Below, in pieces: positions 12,384 to 25,926 of a stretch of DNA of 64,000 nucleotides. A program made the translations under genes and the position numbers. Numbering within the stretch: the stretch's first letter is position 1; each line of letters starts with the position of its first letter. Origin of the DNA: the human T2T-CHM13v2.0 reference genome, Homo sapiens; assembly GCF_009914755.1 (NCBI RefSeq), contig NC_060947.1; one strand, given 5' to 3'. A model generated the notes under the pieces. That model was not told the origin of the DNA, searched no databases, and was given only the letters and a program-made list of their open reading frames with translations.

Positions 12384-15300
12384 GAACTTAAACGGTTTTA
12401 AAATGTCAGCTTTATTATAAGCAAGCTGGCTTCACTCTTCACCACCAACAGAAGACAAAAAACAATACAGCACCAAGTTTTTCAACAGAAACAACCCAGA
12501 ACTCAAATATAAGGATGAGACAGATCCCAGGGCTGCAGAGAAGTGGAAAACCCCTGAGCAGATGGTAGGAGAATTAGACTTCCACATCTGCAGTGCTCCT
12601 ACTCTTGTATTCTGCTTGGCAACAAGTGTATGAAAATTATTTCCCCAATTCGCAGTTTCTACACTGGAGAAAGTGAGATTGAGGTGGTAAACAAGCTCTG
12701 TCACCAGTCTGGGTTCCCTGGCAGGAGATCTGTTCTTGCCTTAACCTACAGGAAGCATTGTAACCGCCTGAAGGAAGAAATATCCCTGAGGACAAGCAGA
12801 AACAAAATGGGGAGTGGGAGTACCATCCCCAGTCCTGGAAACACTTCTGTGTAACTCAGCCAAAGGATACATCAAATTAGAGTGACTGTTCAACAGCACC
12901 AAGCTGTATAAGGTACATTTCACTAGTCTCTTGGGTGCAAACCCTTCCTTAGCCCGCCTTCCCACACGGCTTGTATAATCCCATTAGATCTCTCCTATTC
13001 TGGACAGGCAGCACTTCTATTATTTACTAGAGCCAAAGTGAAACTGGGCTTAAGGTGTGACCTAAAGGTGAAAAGGACAAAGCAACTGAGCAGTAAATAT
13101 TTACTAAGCACATATTGCCAATTTTTTTTGTAAAATCTGTACAGAGAAAACTGACATAAATAACCAATTAATCATTTAATGAAAAGATATAGACATATAC
13201 CTACAAGAAACAACCACGAACAGGAAACCTGACTGCCACAAAGGGACAAAGCAAAAATCCAGTTACTTACCCCAACTAAACAGCAATTTGTGAGCACTCT
13301 GACCAAAAATTCAAAATAGTTTTTTGTTTGTTTGTTTGTTTTGTTTTGTTTGTTTGTTTGTTTGCAGCTGTTGTAAAAGGGGTTGAGTTCTTGACTTGAT
13401 TCTCGGCTTGGTCGTTGTTGATATACAGCAGTGCTACTGATTTGTGTACGTTGATATTGTATCCCAAAACTTTACTGAATTCACTTATCAGATTGAGGAG
13501 TTTTTTAGACGAGTCTTTAAGGTTTTCTAGGTATAGACTCATATCATTGGGAACAGCGACAGTTTGACTTCCTTTTTACCAATTTGGATATCCTTTACAT
13601 CTTTCTCTTGTCTGATTGCTCTAGCTAGAACTTCGACAGAAGTTGTGAAAATTGGCATCCTTGTCTCGTTCCAGTTCTCAGGGAAAATGCTTACAACTTT
13701 TCCCTGATCAGTATAATGTTGGCTGTGGATTTGTCATAGATGGCTTTTATTATCTTGAGGTATGCTCCTTTGATGCCAATTTTGCTGAGGGGTTTAATCA
13801 TAAAGGGATGTTGGATCTTGTCAAATGTTTTTTCTGTGTCTACTAACATGACCATATGATTTTGTTTTTAATTCTGTTTATGTGGCATATCACATTTATT
13901 GACTTGTATGTGTTAAACAATCCCTGCATCCCTGGTAAGAAACCCACTTGATCATGGTGGATAATTTTTTTATATGCTTTTGGATTCAGTTAGCTAATGT
14001 TTTGTTGAGGAATTTTGCATCTAAGTTCTTCAGAGATACTGGTCTGTAGTTTTCTTTTTTTGTTATGTCCTTTCCTGGTTTGGGTATTAGGGTGATACTG
14101 GCTTCATAGAATGATTTAAGGAGGATTCCTTCTTTCTCTATCTTTTGGAATAGTTTAATCAGGACTGATACCAATTCTCCTTTGAATGTTTGGCAGAATT
14201 CAGCTGTGAATCTGTCTGGTCCTGGATTTTTTTGGCCATTTTTTAATTACCATTTCAATCTCGCTTTTTGTTATTGGTCTGTTCAGAGTTTCTATTTTTT
14301 CCTGGTTTAATCTGGAAAGATATATTTCAAGGAATTTATCTATCCCCTAGTTTGTGTATGTACAGGTGTTCATAGTAGCCTTTAATAATCCTTTTTATTT
14401 ATGTGATATCAGTTGTAATATCTCCCATTTCATTTCTAATTGAGCTTATTTGGATCTTCTTTCTTCATTTCTTGGTTAATTTCACTAATGGTCTATCAAT
14501 TTTGTTTATCTTTTCAAAGGATCAGCTTTTGTTTTATTCATCTTTTGTATTTTTTGTCTCAATTGCATTTAATTCTGCTCTGATCTTAGTTATTTCCTTT
14601 CTTCTGCTGGGTTTGGGTTTGGTTTTTTTCTTGTTTCTCTAGTTCCTTGAGGTGTGAACTTAGATTGCCTATTTGTGCTTTTTCAGACTTTTGGATGTAG
14701 GGGTTTAATGCTATGAACTTTTTTCTTAGCACAACTTTTGCTGTACCCCGGAAGTTTTCATAGGTTGTGTCACTACTATCGTTCAGTTCAAATAATTTTT
14801 TAAATTTTCATTTTTATTTCATTGCTGACCCAAAGATCATTCAGGAGGAGATTATTTAATTTCCATGTGTTTGTGGAGGTATGAGGGTTTTCTGGGGTTT
14901 TAAGCAAACAGCAACAATTTAACTTTCTTTTTATCAATTTGGATGCCTTTACTGTTTTGTGAAGAACAATATAATGGATGTTGGGGATTCATGGGGAAGG
15001 GTTGAAGATGGTGAGCAATAAAAGACTACACACTGAGTACAGTGTACACTGCTTGGGTGATAGGTGCAACAAAATCTCAGAAGTCACCAATAAAGAACTT
15101 ATCCATGTAACCAAAAACCACTTGTTCCCAAAAACTATTGAAACAAAAAATAAATTAAAAAATAAACCCTCCCCCAAAAATAGGATTTTTAATGAAACTC
15201 AGTGGTCTTCAACACAGAAAACCAACTCAGAAATTTATTAGATAAATTTACCAAAAAGGTTGAAATAATTTAAAAAATCAAATGTAGAAGTCTTAGAGCT

Positions 15301-18300
15301 GAGAAATATATTTGCTAAACTGAAAAACAAGTTAGAGGCTACATACAGGAGAATATATCAAGCAGAGGAAAAAATTCAGGGACCTCAAAGGCCATCTATT
15401 TGACAATGAACCGTGAGAGGGAAAAAAAATAACGAAAAAAAAAAAAAACGAAGATGCCTACAAGATATATTAATAGAAAATACTTCAAAAAACCATATCT
15501 AAGAATTGGTGTTAAAGAGGAAGCTGAGCAAGATGCAGGGATAGAACGCTTAATAAAAGAAATAATAACCGAAAACTATTCAAAACTTGAAAAAATATAA
15601 ATATTCAGATGTAGGAAAGTCTGAGAACACCAAATAGATTCAACCTAAGTAAGACAACCCCCAGGTATATAATAATCAGACTTTCAAGGGGCAAGAACAA
15701 ATAGAGGATCCTAAAAGCAGCAAGAGAAAAGAAGCAAATAACATGTTAAGTAGTTCCAATTCATCTGGCAACAGCCTTTTCAAGGAAAATCATACAGGCC
15801 AGTAGGGAGTTGTATGATGTTTCATTTTCAAGGTGCTTAAAGAAAAAACACACTATCCAAGAGTAATGTACTAAACAAAATTACCCTTCAAATATGAAGA
15901 AGAGATAAAGTCTTTCACAGAAAATGATATCTAAGTACCTAAGATATTTCACCACCACCAGACCCATCTTACATGAAATGCTAAAGGGAGCTCTTCAATC
16001 TAACAAAAAACAAAACTCCTATGTGCAAAAAAAGAAAGACAGAAAAAACATTTGAAGGCATAAAACCCACTGGTAAAATTAAGTACTTGAACAAGCCAAT
16101 AATACTCTATTACTATAGAGTATTGTGCAGTCCACTCGTAACTCTATTATGAAGTCCAAAAGAGAAATCTACCAAAAAAATCATAGCTATGGAAGCCTAT
16201 TAAGATATAGGTATTGTAAAATACATAAATTGAGACACCTAAAAGTCAAAATATGGACGATATGGAAATAAAGTGTAGAATTTGTTGTGTGTGTTTTGCC
16301 TTTGTTTCTATTTCTATATTTGTGACCTAAGATAAGTTTTCATCTCTTTAAAAATACCGTGTTAAATCCATAAACTGTTTTTGTAAACCTCATAGAAACC
16401 ACAGCACTAAAAGCTATGATAGATTCACTACACATAAGAGCAACAAATTAAAACATATTACCAGAGAAAATTACTTAACTACAAAAGAACATAGTAAGAA
16501 AGGAAGAAAGACAGGAGTCCCAAAATAACTGGAAAACAGGCAACAAAATGACAGTAGTAAGTTCTTACTTAGCAATAATAATGCTGAATGTAAACAGTCT
16601 CAATTATCCAATTACAAAGCTGAATGGATAAAGAACGACCTGACTATATGCTGCCTTAAAGAAACATACTTCACCTACAAAGGCAAACTTAGACTGAAAG
16701 TGAAAGGGTAGAAAAACATATTCCATGCAAGTGGAAACTGAAAAAGAGCCGAAGTGTCTATATTTATATCAGATAAATAGGCTACAAATCCAAGATTGTA
16801 GAAAAAGACAAAGAAGGTAACTATATAATAATAAAGGTGTCAATTCAGCAAGATGATATAACAAATATAAATAGCTATGAACCCAATACTGGAGCTCCCC
16901 CAAGTATATAAAGCAAACATCAATATATCTAAAGGAAAAGAAAAGTTGCAGTACAATAATAGTAGGCAACTTTAACACTCCAATCTCAGTAATGAACAGA
17001 TCTTCCAGATAGAAAATCAACAAAGAAACAGAACATTTAAACTACACACACTAGATCTAATAAGGCTAAATGATATTTACAGAGTTTTCACCCAGCTGCC
17101 GCGGAATACACATTCTTTTCATCAGTACATGAACATTCTCCAGAATACACCATACCTTAGGCCACAAAACAAGTCTGAATAATTTTTTTTAAAAAATAGA
17201 AGTCATATAGGGTATCTTTTCTGACCACAATGAAATAAAACTAGAAATAAATTCCAAGAGAAACAAGAGGAATCTCAAAAAATACACAAACACATGTAAA
17301 TGATACAACATGCTCTTGAGTTATGAATGAGTCAATGAAGAAAATAAGAAGAAAATTAACATTTTTCAAAACAAATGAAAATGGAAACACTAAAATTTGT
17401 GGGATATGGCAAAAGCAGTACTAAGAAGGAAGTTTATAGCAATAAACACCTATGTAAAAAAAGGTAGCAAGACTTCAAATAAACAACCTAATGATGCACC
17501 TCAAAAACTAGAAAAGCAAGAACAAAATGACCCCATAATTAGGAGAAGGAAAGTCATGATTAAGACCAGAGAATAAATCAATGAAACGGTGACTAAAACA
17601 AAAATATAGATCAATAAAATGAAAAGTTGGTTTTTTTGAAATGATCAACAAAATAAAACAAACCTCTAGCTAGACTATCCAAGCAAAAAGAGAGACGACC
17701 CAAATAAATAAAATCACAAACAACAAAAAGGGAGGCATAACAACTGAACTCTTGGAAATACAAAGAATCATTAGAGAATATTTTGAACAACTATATGACA
17801 ACAAATTGGAAATCCTAGAAAAAAAATGGATAAAGTTCTGGACACATACAAGCTATCAACACTGAACCAGGAAGAAAGAGAAAACCTTGACAAATAACAA
17901 GTAATGAGATCGAAGCCATAATAAAAAGTCCCCCATCAAAGAAAAGCTCAGGCCTTCATGGCTTCACTGTTGAAATCTACCAAACATTTAAAGAACTTAT
18001 GCCAATTCAACTCAAACTCTTTAAAAAAAAAATGGAAGCAGAAGGAATACTTACAGACTCATTCTACAAGGTCAGCATTACCCTGATACTGAAACCAGAC
18101 AAAGACACAACAACAACAAAAACAATAGGCCAATGTCACTAATGTTGGGAAAGCTGGATAACTATATGTGGAAGAATGAAAATAGGACCCTGTCTCTCAC
18201 CACACACAGAAATGAAATCATAATTGATTACAGATTTAAATCTAAGACGTGAAACTATGAAACTACTAGACAAAACCTTTGGGGAATTGCTATAGGACAT

Positions 18301-19330
18301 TAGTCAGAGAAAAGATTTTGTGTGTGTGTGTGTTAAGACCTCAAAAACACAGGCAACTAAAGTAAAAAAAATAAGATTGCATTGACCTAAGAAGGTTCTA
18401 CACAGAAAAGGAAACAATCAACAAAGTAAAGAGATAACTCACAGAGTGGTAGAAAATATTTGCAAACTATTCATTTGATAAGAGATTAATAGCCAGAATA
18501 TATAAGGAGCTCAAACAACTCAATAGTAGAAAACAAATACTTCAGTTTAAAAATGAGCAAAAGATCTGAACAGACATTTCTCAAAAGAAGACATACAAAT
18601 GACCATCAGGTATATGAAAAAATGTTCAACATCACTAATCACCAGAGGAATGCAAGTCAAAACCACAATGAGCTATTATCTCACTTCTGTTAAAATGGCT
18701 TATATCAAAAATACAGGCAATAACAGATGCTGGTGAGGATGTGGAGAAACGGAAACTCTTATAAACTGTTAGTGGAAATGTAATTTAGTACAACCACTAT
18801 GGAAAACAGTATGGAAGTTCCTCAAAAAGTGAAACATAGTACTACTGTATGATCCAGCAATTCCAGTACTGGATATATACCCAAAGGAAATCAATATAAT
18901 GAAGAGATATCTGCACTTCCATCATTATTGCAGCACTATTCACATAGCCAAAATACGAAATCAATCTAAGTACCCATCAGTGGATGAATGGATAAATAAA
19001 ATTTGGAATATATACACAATGCAATATTATTCATCCATTAAAAATGAAATTATTTTATTTGCAACAACATGGATTAAACTGGAAGCCATTATGTTAAATG
19101 AAATAGGCCAAACACAAAGATAAATATCACATGTTCTCACTCCTTTGTGGGAGCAAAAAATGTGGATATCATGAAGACAGAGTAGGTTGGTGGTTACCCG
19201 AGACTGGTAAGGGTGGGGAGAGGAGAGATGAAGAAGAAAAAAAGAATGTAAATGTAATTATTACCACTGAACTGTATGCTTAAAATTTTTAAGAGGGTAA
19301 ATTTCATACGTATATTTTACCTCAAAAAAT
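12384..19330 (+). mobile_element. L1MA (approx. L1MA4/5) element with 5'UTR, ORF1, ORF2 (internal deletion near 18143) and 3'UTR
   Basis: L1 ORF1/ORF2 motifs throughout; flanked by TSD-like atcctaaacaa at 12373-12383 and 19496-19506. Confidence 0.85.
13322..15170. mobile_element. 5'-inverted L1PB1-like insertion (minus-strand ORF2 13322-~14890, plus-strand 3' end ~14975-15170)
   Basis: Minus-strand ORF2 peptides in the ORF track ([42 protein letters not shown]; [14 protein letters not shown]); L1PB 3' end tacagtgtacactgcttgggtga...aaagaacttatccatgtaacc. Confidence 0.88.
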
Positions 19331-19480
19331 GGGGGGAGGGGGGAGGGATAGCATTGGGAGATATACCTAATGCTAGATGACGAGTTAATGGGTGCAGCAC
19401 ACCAGCATGGCACATGTATACATATGTAACTAACCTGCACAATGTGCACATGTACCCTAAAACTTAAAGTATAATAAAAA
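19331..19480 (+). mobile_element. Young, severely 5'-truncated L1PA2/L1PA3 3' end
   Basis: Near-consensus gggagggatagcattgggagatatacctaatgctagatgacgagtt...cctaaaacttaaagtataat; has GAG, not the Ta-diagnostic ACA. Confidence 0.92.
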
Positions 19481-19889
19481 CAATTAAATTAAAAAATCCT
19501 AAACAAAATATTTGCAAAATAATTTTCACAATATGTAAAAGTAATAATATGTCAGGGCCAAGTTGATTTTATCCAAGGGATTCTGTGTTGATTTAATACT
19601 CAGAAACTCACAATATCAGACTAACGAAGAAAATTCATAGGATTATTTAAATATATGGAAATTTTTTTTGTAAAATCAACTTTCTTTAATGATAAAGCTT
19701 TCCGGAAAACAAGGAATAAAAAGAAACCTCCTTGATTTTTTTTATAAATGTAAAACAGAAAAATCTACCGCAAAATCATACTTAATGATGACATGTTGAA
19801 TACTTTCAATTTGACATAGGGAACAAGACAAAAACACATTGTTCTAAAGGTCTTAGCCAGTGCAGTAACTCAAGAAAATGGTCCATTTA

Positions 19890-20520
19890 GCAGAGAAAAG
19901 TTAATAATGTGAGTTATATAAATAGGCGTCAGAAGACTGAAAAGGCTGTTGCAAACACTGTGGTAACAAGAGAGCAACTGCAGAAACAGATACCGCCCCT
20001 AGACCTAGAGAGACAAAGGAGATAGATTAGAGTTATCAGAACCTAGAAGCTTGGAGAAAAAGACTTGAGAAATCCTCTCTGAGAGGATGCTGCCTGACTA
20101 GTGATGGTATTCAGGAGCTTGGAAGGGGATCTCATGGATCAGGGACTCAGACCTCTGAAAATAGGCCACAGGTAATACCTCCAGTTTGTGTTAATACCTC
20201 CAAGTATTTATAATGGGGTTGGATCTGGGAGTGTCAGGGAATGCTGGACATTGGAACCAACTGCTATTGAAACCAAATGCCACTGCTGGGGTGAAGAGCC
20301 ATTGCTGGAGTGAAACAGGGAGCAAGGAAGAAAGAACAAATTCCTTCCCCCTCATCTCCAACCGGAAAATCTCTTCCTAAGGCCCACTATTGAAGAAATA
20401 TAATGCAGAACCAAGTTGCAAAGAAAAAATGTGCTATGCTGAGCTTCACCTCAGTCCCACGGAGCAGAGAATAGAAGGGTAAATTTAGAGCAGAAAGACA
20501 ATAGCTTAATAACTGCTGCA
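19890..20520. mobile_element. Ancient LTR (LTR78-like)
   Basis: GC-richer insert ending gcagagaatagaagggtaaatttagagcagaaagacaatagcttaataactg; family recalled, uncertain. Confidence 0.45.
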
Positions 20521-20544
20521 AAAGTAAAAGCTAAAATGATTGTA

Positions 20545-21005
20545 TTTTATTTCAACTTTTACTATAATAACAGTTCCAATAATTTCAGCAACACTTATTT
20601 CTTGCTTACATGACATGAAGGTTGCGGGTTGATTGCAGTTCTACACAGCTGTGCTTAGCTTCACATGTCTTCTTATTCTTAGCCCCAGGTTAAGCACCAG
20701 CCCCATTCGAGTTATGTTCTTCCTCAGACAGGGGACATACAGGTGCAAAAGAATCTAAACCAATCTACAAGATGGCAGTTAAATCCTTTGTTCAAACATG
20801 GCACACACTATATTCATTCACATGATATCACCCAAACCATGTTCCATTTCAAATGATCAAGTCATTGATGCAGAAAGTATAGCCCTCCCACAGCTACTGG
20901 CGGGTGGAAAGGGATGCACAAGCAAGTCATATGACAATGTTCTGGGTTGTATAATCCTATTGCACAGGAGTAGTGAATAGATGAAAAAATCTAATATTTC
21001 ATACA
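20545..21005 (-). mobile_element. MLT1J/K-like MaLR LTR
   Basis: acttatttcttgcttacatgacatg...ttatgttcttcctca...aagtcattgatgcagaaagtatagccctccca...gagtagtgaatag. Confidence 0.65.
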
Positions 21006-21519
21006 TATGAAGCAAATAGATAAAACTTATTATTTTAAGTTATATGTTTGTGTTCCTGGAAAATCCAACAAAATCTATATATAAAATATTAAAATTAATT
21101 AAAGAACTTGGCAGGTTGAGGGAAACTAAACAACCAATTGCAAAATCGATCATATCTCTATAAAATAGCAACAAATGTTTATAAAGTGATATTTGTAAAA
21201 GGGTGCCCTATACAAAACATGACAAAATAATGAACAAGATTTCTATGGAGAGATATAAAACTTCATTAACAGAGAGAGAGAGAGAGAGAGAGAGAGATGT
21301 CATGTTTATGGATTGGAAGACCCCGTATGGTCAAAAAATGAATAAATTCAATGAAATCTCCATTAATATCTCAATGGGCTTTTCTCTAAATTGACAAGAT
21401 TATCTTAACATTTATATGGAAACACAAAAGTCTAAAAGTAGAAAAGATATTCTTGGAGAAAAAAACAAATTTTAGCAAATTTATTTAGGAAATTATAAAA
21501 TTATAGTAATAAAAACTAT

Positions 21520-21838
21520 GGTCTGGGCACGGTGGCTCATGCCTGTAATCTTAGAACTTTGGGAAGAGGAGGCTGGAAGATAGCTTGAGCTGGAAGATAG
21601 CTTGAGTTTAGGAGTTTAAGATCAGCCTGGGCAATACAGCAGAACCTCACCTCTACAAAAAAATACAATTAGCCAGGCATGGTAGTATGCGCCTGTAGTC
21701 CAAGCCACTCAGGAGGCAGAGGTGGGGGGAATCTCTTGAGCTCAGGAGGCTGAGGTTACAATGAGCCATGATCGCGCCACTGCACTCCAGCCTGGGTAAC
21801 ACAGCAAGACCCTTTCTCAGGAAAAAAAAAAAAAAAAG
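21520..21838 (+). mobile_element. AluJ with an internal 17-bp tandem duplication
   Basis: Dimeric Alu with poly(A); gctggaagatagcttga twice at 21572-21605; TSD-like aaaaactatgg / aagaatatgg. Confidence 0.93.
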
Positions 21839-22113
21839 AATATGGCAATTGCACAGATTTATATATAGACCAAATGAGAGATAATTGAAAACCTTGAAAC
21901 AGACAAATGCATGTAGGATCCCTTGATTTATACAACATTAACAAAGTAGATCAGTCTTTTCAATAAATAATGGTGAAACAAGTTGCCCATATAGGTAAAA
22001 ATAAAATTGGAGCCCTACATCACATGGTCACAAAAATTAATCCAGGTAGATTATAGACCTGTGTTTGAAACACAAAACAACAAAGCTTTCAGATAATAAA
22101 ATAATATATTATC

Positions 22114-22259
22114 AGCCAGGCACGGTGGTTTATTCCTGTAATCCCAGCACTTTGGGAGGCCAAAGTGCTTGAGCCTGGGAGGTTGAGGATGCAATGAGCC
22201 TAATCATGGCCCTGCATTCCAGCCTGGGTGACAGAGCAAAGCTCTGTCTCAAAAAACAA
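22114..22259 (+). mobile_element. Monomeric Alu (left-arm start joined to right-arm end; FRAM/FAM or internally deleted AluJ)
   Basis: ccaggcacggtgg...ctttgggaggccaaag joined to tgcttgagcctgggaggttgagg...ctgtctcaaaaaa. Confidence 0.85.
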
Positions 22260-23289
22260 ATATATTTATGCTCTCAGGACAAGAAAATATTTCTTAATTT
22301 CATAAGAAGCACTAACTATAAGGGGAAAAATGAATAAATTTGACTTTTTAAATTAAGAATTTATTTTCATTTAAAGAACTATTAAGAAATGTAAAAGGTA
22401 AGTCACAGGATGAAAGAATATAGTTGAAAAAATATAACCAACAAAGGGATCCTTCTAAGGACACAGAAAGCATTACTACAAAGATGTAATATGAAAAAGT
22501 AAGACAACCCAATATATGTGCAAATGACAGCAGGAATGTCATAAAAAAGGAAAGATAAAATGAAACAATGAGAAATCTCATATTCTGAATGAGTGTGGAA
22601 TAAAAGGCTGTTAATTGATACGATCAATCATTTTGGAAAAAAATTTGGAGTAATCTAGCAAAATTGGAGATACCTTACAACACAACATTCCAATGTTAGA
22701 TCTATATGCCTTACAGAAATATAAGTTATGTGTAAAAGACCCATGTGCAAAAATGCTCATAGCAGCATTCCTTAGAGCAAAAACTAGAAGCAACATAAAT
22801 ATCCATCAACAATACAAAGGGATAAATAAATTATAGTGTATTCACGCAATGAAATACTATGCAGAAGTGTTAATGAACTACAACTAATGCTACAATGTGG
22901 GTGACACACACTCATATTATATTGATCAAAATCAGCCAGTTATAAAATAGCACATACTGTATGATTTCATTTGAATAACATTCAAAAATAGGCAAAACTG
23001 AACTGTTATTTCAGAACACGGGTGGAAAAACTACAAAGCGAACCATGGAAGTCAGAAGAGGGTTACTCTTAGTGGAGGAGAGGGCTACATTTAAGAAAAT
23101 GTACACAGGTGTTGAGAGTGTTTTATTTCTTTCCCTAAGGAATTACATGGGGGTTGCTTTACAATCATTTCCAAGTTGTACTTTCAGTTTTTTATATATG
23201 GTATGTGGGTTATAATTAGCAATACAAATGTAAAGATAAGTTCTCTGATTAGTCAAAATACATTTTTTGAAGCCTTTAGTCAAAAGGAT

Positions 23290-23475
23290 TGGTTTGAATC
23301 TGAGTTGTAAAACCTTGAGCACATCTCTTACCTTTTCTGTGCCTTCATTTTCCCACCTGTAAACTGAGGATAATTATATCTATTCACTCCAAAGTGTCAA
23401 ATGTTCAGTCCAAAGTGTTAAATATGAATGCACACTGTAGACTGTAAAGCACAATGTAGATAGGCTGCTGTTATT
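23290..23475 (+). mobile_element. MIR SINE
   Basis: ggtttgaatc...ccttgagcac...ctgtgccttcattttcccacctgtaaactgaggataat core. Confidence 0.7.
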
Positions 23476-24019
23476 GTTTTCTGAGCCTACAGCAGGTTAG
23501 AGAAAAAGGGGAAAGAAAATGAGGTCGAGGTTACTACAGGCAGGTATATTCACAGCATCTTTTAACTATGACAGTTGAACTTAAAAAGAAAAAAAACTGG
23601 AAAATCAGATAAAGATCTGAAAATGCACAGCTTAGAACAATTTTAGAAATGGGACAAACACAGCTCTTAATAAATTAGCAGGCCAAGGTCATTGACACAT
23701 GAGAGAAGAGCAAAGACATGAGAATTTCTTGTGATTACCCAGGACCATTAAGAAACATATCAGTTATGTTCACTATAGCTCACTGAAAGAACGAGAGAAT
23801 GCAATATAAATGTTTCAATCCAAATTGATAAATTTTTAAAGGCTTTTGTGGGCCATTTAGAGGTAAAATTTTTATCTGTCAAATACACATTTACACAGAA
23901 AAAGTTATAGCAATAAAAATAATTCCTTCCCTTTTGCTGAAATATCTGCCATGTGTCATGCACAGATCTAAAAGCTATTCAGATTTTTAAAATTTAATTA
24001 TTAAGATAAACCAGCAAGC

Positions 24020-24170
24020 TATATTATTTTGTTATCTCCATCTCACAAATTAAAAAAAAAAAACTGAGGTTTAGAGAGTTTTAATGATTTTCTCTTACAT
24101 TGAAGGAGGAGTAGAGATGAAATTTGAACCCAAATATGATTCATTCCAAATCTTGGACTTCTTCTATCAT
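24020..24170 (-). mobile_element. MIR SINE
   Basis: ttatctccat...aaactgaggtttagagag...aatttgaaccca. Confidence 0.65.
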
Positions 24171-25014
24171 AAAAGCTCCTGTTTACTACTTAAAAATAAT
24201 AGATAACGTAGTGGAGCAGGTATTTATATGGTCAGTCACATATCCATTCATTTTACTTTACACAACAATTTAATCACATAAGTTTTTATTAATCATCTTA
24301 AAGGCTTCACTTCTTAAACCATTGATTCTTTCACCACTTGTAGATAATGTCATATCATTTTAGTTCATCCACACAAGGCATTTTTTCTGAGTAATTTAGA
24401 ATCTCAGTTCATCATCTCCATCAGTATCTCAATTAGCCCTTATATGTACTTGTATATATTTCCAGTTTTTGCTAAAACAATTTAAAATTCTATTGGGGTA
24501 AAGTTTTAAATTGCTTTTAAAAATACATTTGAGATATTTGGACTACATAATTATCTCACAATTTGAACTTTATTTAGTAAATACTGCTACTTTAAAATAG
24601 TGAATAAAAAATAATTTATTTTTTGATGAAACCTAAATTTGTCATTTAAAACATCTCTAAAGACAAAACCTTGAAATTCATTTTCAACAATTTATAATCG
24701 GTTAATTAGCATATCTTAGTCTTAGAATAATTTTAGTAAATGTCTTTTAGAGCATCTGAGTACTTAATATCTTAAAAGTCATCTAGTCTAATCATGATTC
24801 ACCCACTTCTATTTCTATACATGCTTTATAAACCTCCTGCTCTAGTACCTTGACTGGAGGAGATAATGATTCTAGTACATGTAATTTTTATTGCTATCTC
24901 TATAATATTTTTACTGCACAACGTCATTGCTGATTAGCAATACAAAATTATAGTTCTGCAATTTTGGCATATTATTGCTTTAAGTAAGAGCTAGCCATTG
25001 GCAGTGAACAACTA

Positions 25015-25670
25015 AATCTCAACAAGGGGGAAATGATAGATTCTACAAAATATAGACCAATTAATGCCCCCCAAAATTCTCAAATTTATTATTAAAAACT
25101 TTTGTAAGAACCTAAAAATATCCAAGGATGTTCATTAGAAGCCATTATAGATTCACTAAAAACAAGTCATGTTGAACCAGCCCCATTTCTTTGTCTTATA
25201 AAATTCAGGTGGAACTGGTACAGATGTGGCGGCCTTTTAACAATCATTCAAAATTTTATGTTAAGGTCCTGGACTGTATAATCATCTAAAGCAGGGGTAC
25301 CCAGCCACTGGGCTGGGGACCAGTACTGGTCTGTGCCCTCTTAGGAATCAGGTGGCACAGGAAGAGATGAGCAGCGGGCAAGAGAGGATGGCCACCTGAG
25401 CTCCACCTCCTGTCAGATCAGCAGGGGCATTAGATTCTCATAGAAGTGCAAACTCTATTGTGAACTGTACGTGCAAGGGAATCTAGGTTGCACACTCCTT
25501 ATGAGAATGTAACTAATGCCCGATGATTTGAGGTGGAACTGTTTCATCCTGAAACTGTCCCCAGCACCTGTCTGTGGAAAAATTGTCTTCCTTGAAACTG
25601 GTCCCTGGTGCCAAAAAGGTTGGGGATCACTGATCTAAAGTTTCTTTTGACTTTCAAAATCCCATGGGTT
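25015..25670 (+). mobile_element. L3/CR1 LINE fragment (RT region and 3' end) split by MER1B
   Basis: Decayed coding for CR1 RT motifs (KG..D..YRP; FTKNKSC at ttcactaaaaacaagtcatgt) and a 3'-end-like ggactgtataatcatctaaag|tttcttttgactttcaaaatcccatg. Confidence 0.6.
25292..25632 (+). mobile_element. MER1B hAT-Charlie DNA transposon, complete
   Basis: caggggtacccagcc...ggttggggatcactg termini; perfect 8-bp TSD atctaaag at 25284-25291 and 25633-25640. Confidence 0.93.
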
Positions 25671-25903
25671 TCACGTGGTAAAAATAAAGATACATTTTTG
25701 CTGGATGCTAAGGTATTTATAATTTGATATACAAGTTTGTAAACCTGACCAAAATCTCAAGTGGTAAAACTTTGACTCTCTCTTTTGCCTTATGCTTTTC
25801 AATATTATTTTCAATGTGGACCAAGATATAGAAGAGTCTTTAATTTGCACATGACACAATCATAGGGATAGCTAATGTGTGAGATTTAAAAAAAAAAATA
25901 AGA

Positions 25904-25926
25904 TGTGTGTGTGTGTGTGTGTGTGT
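25904..25926. repeat. (TG)n microsatellite
   Basis: Directly visible. Confidence 0.95.

Larger units (their letters stand above)
19491..23235 (+). mobile_element. Ancient L1ME-like host, ORF2 remainder and 3'UTR, interrupted by LTRs and Alus
   Basis: Continues the ORF2 of 1-648 (aaatcctaaacaaaatatttgcaaa; ggaacaagacaa; catgtttatggattggaagac); L1ME-type 3'UTR to ~23235. Confidence 0.75.
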
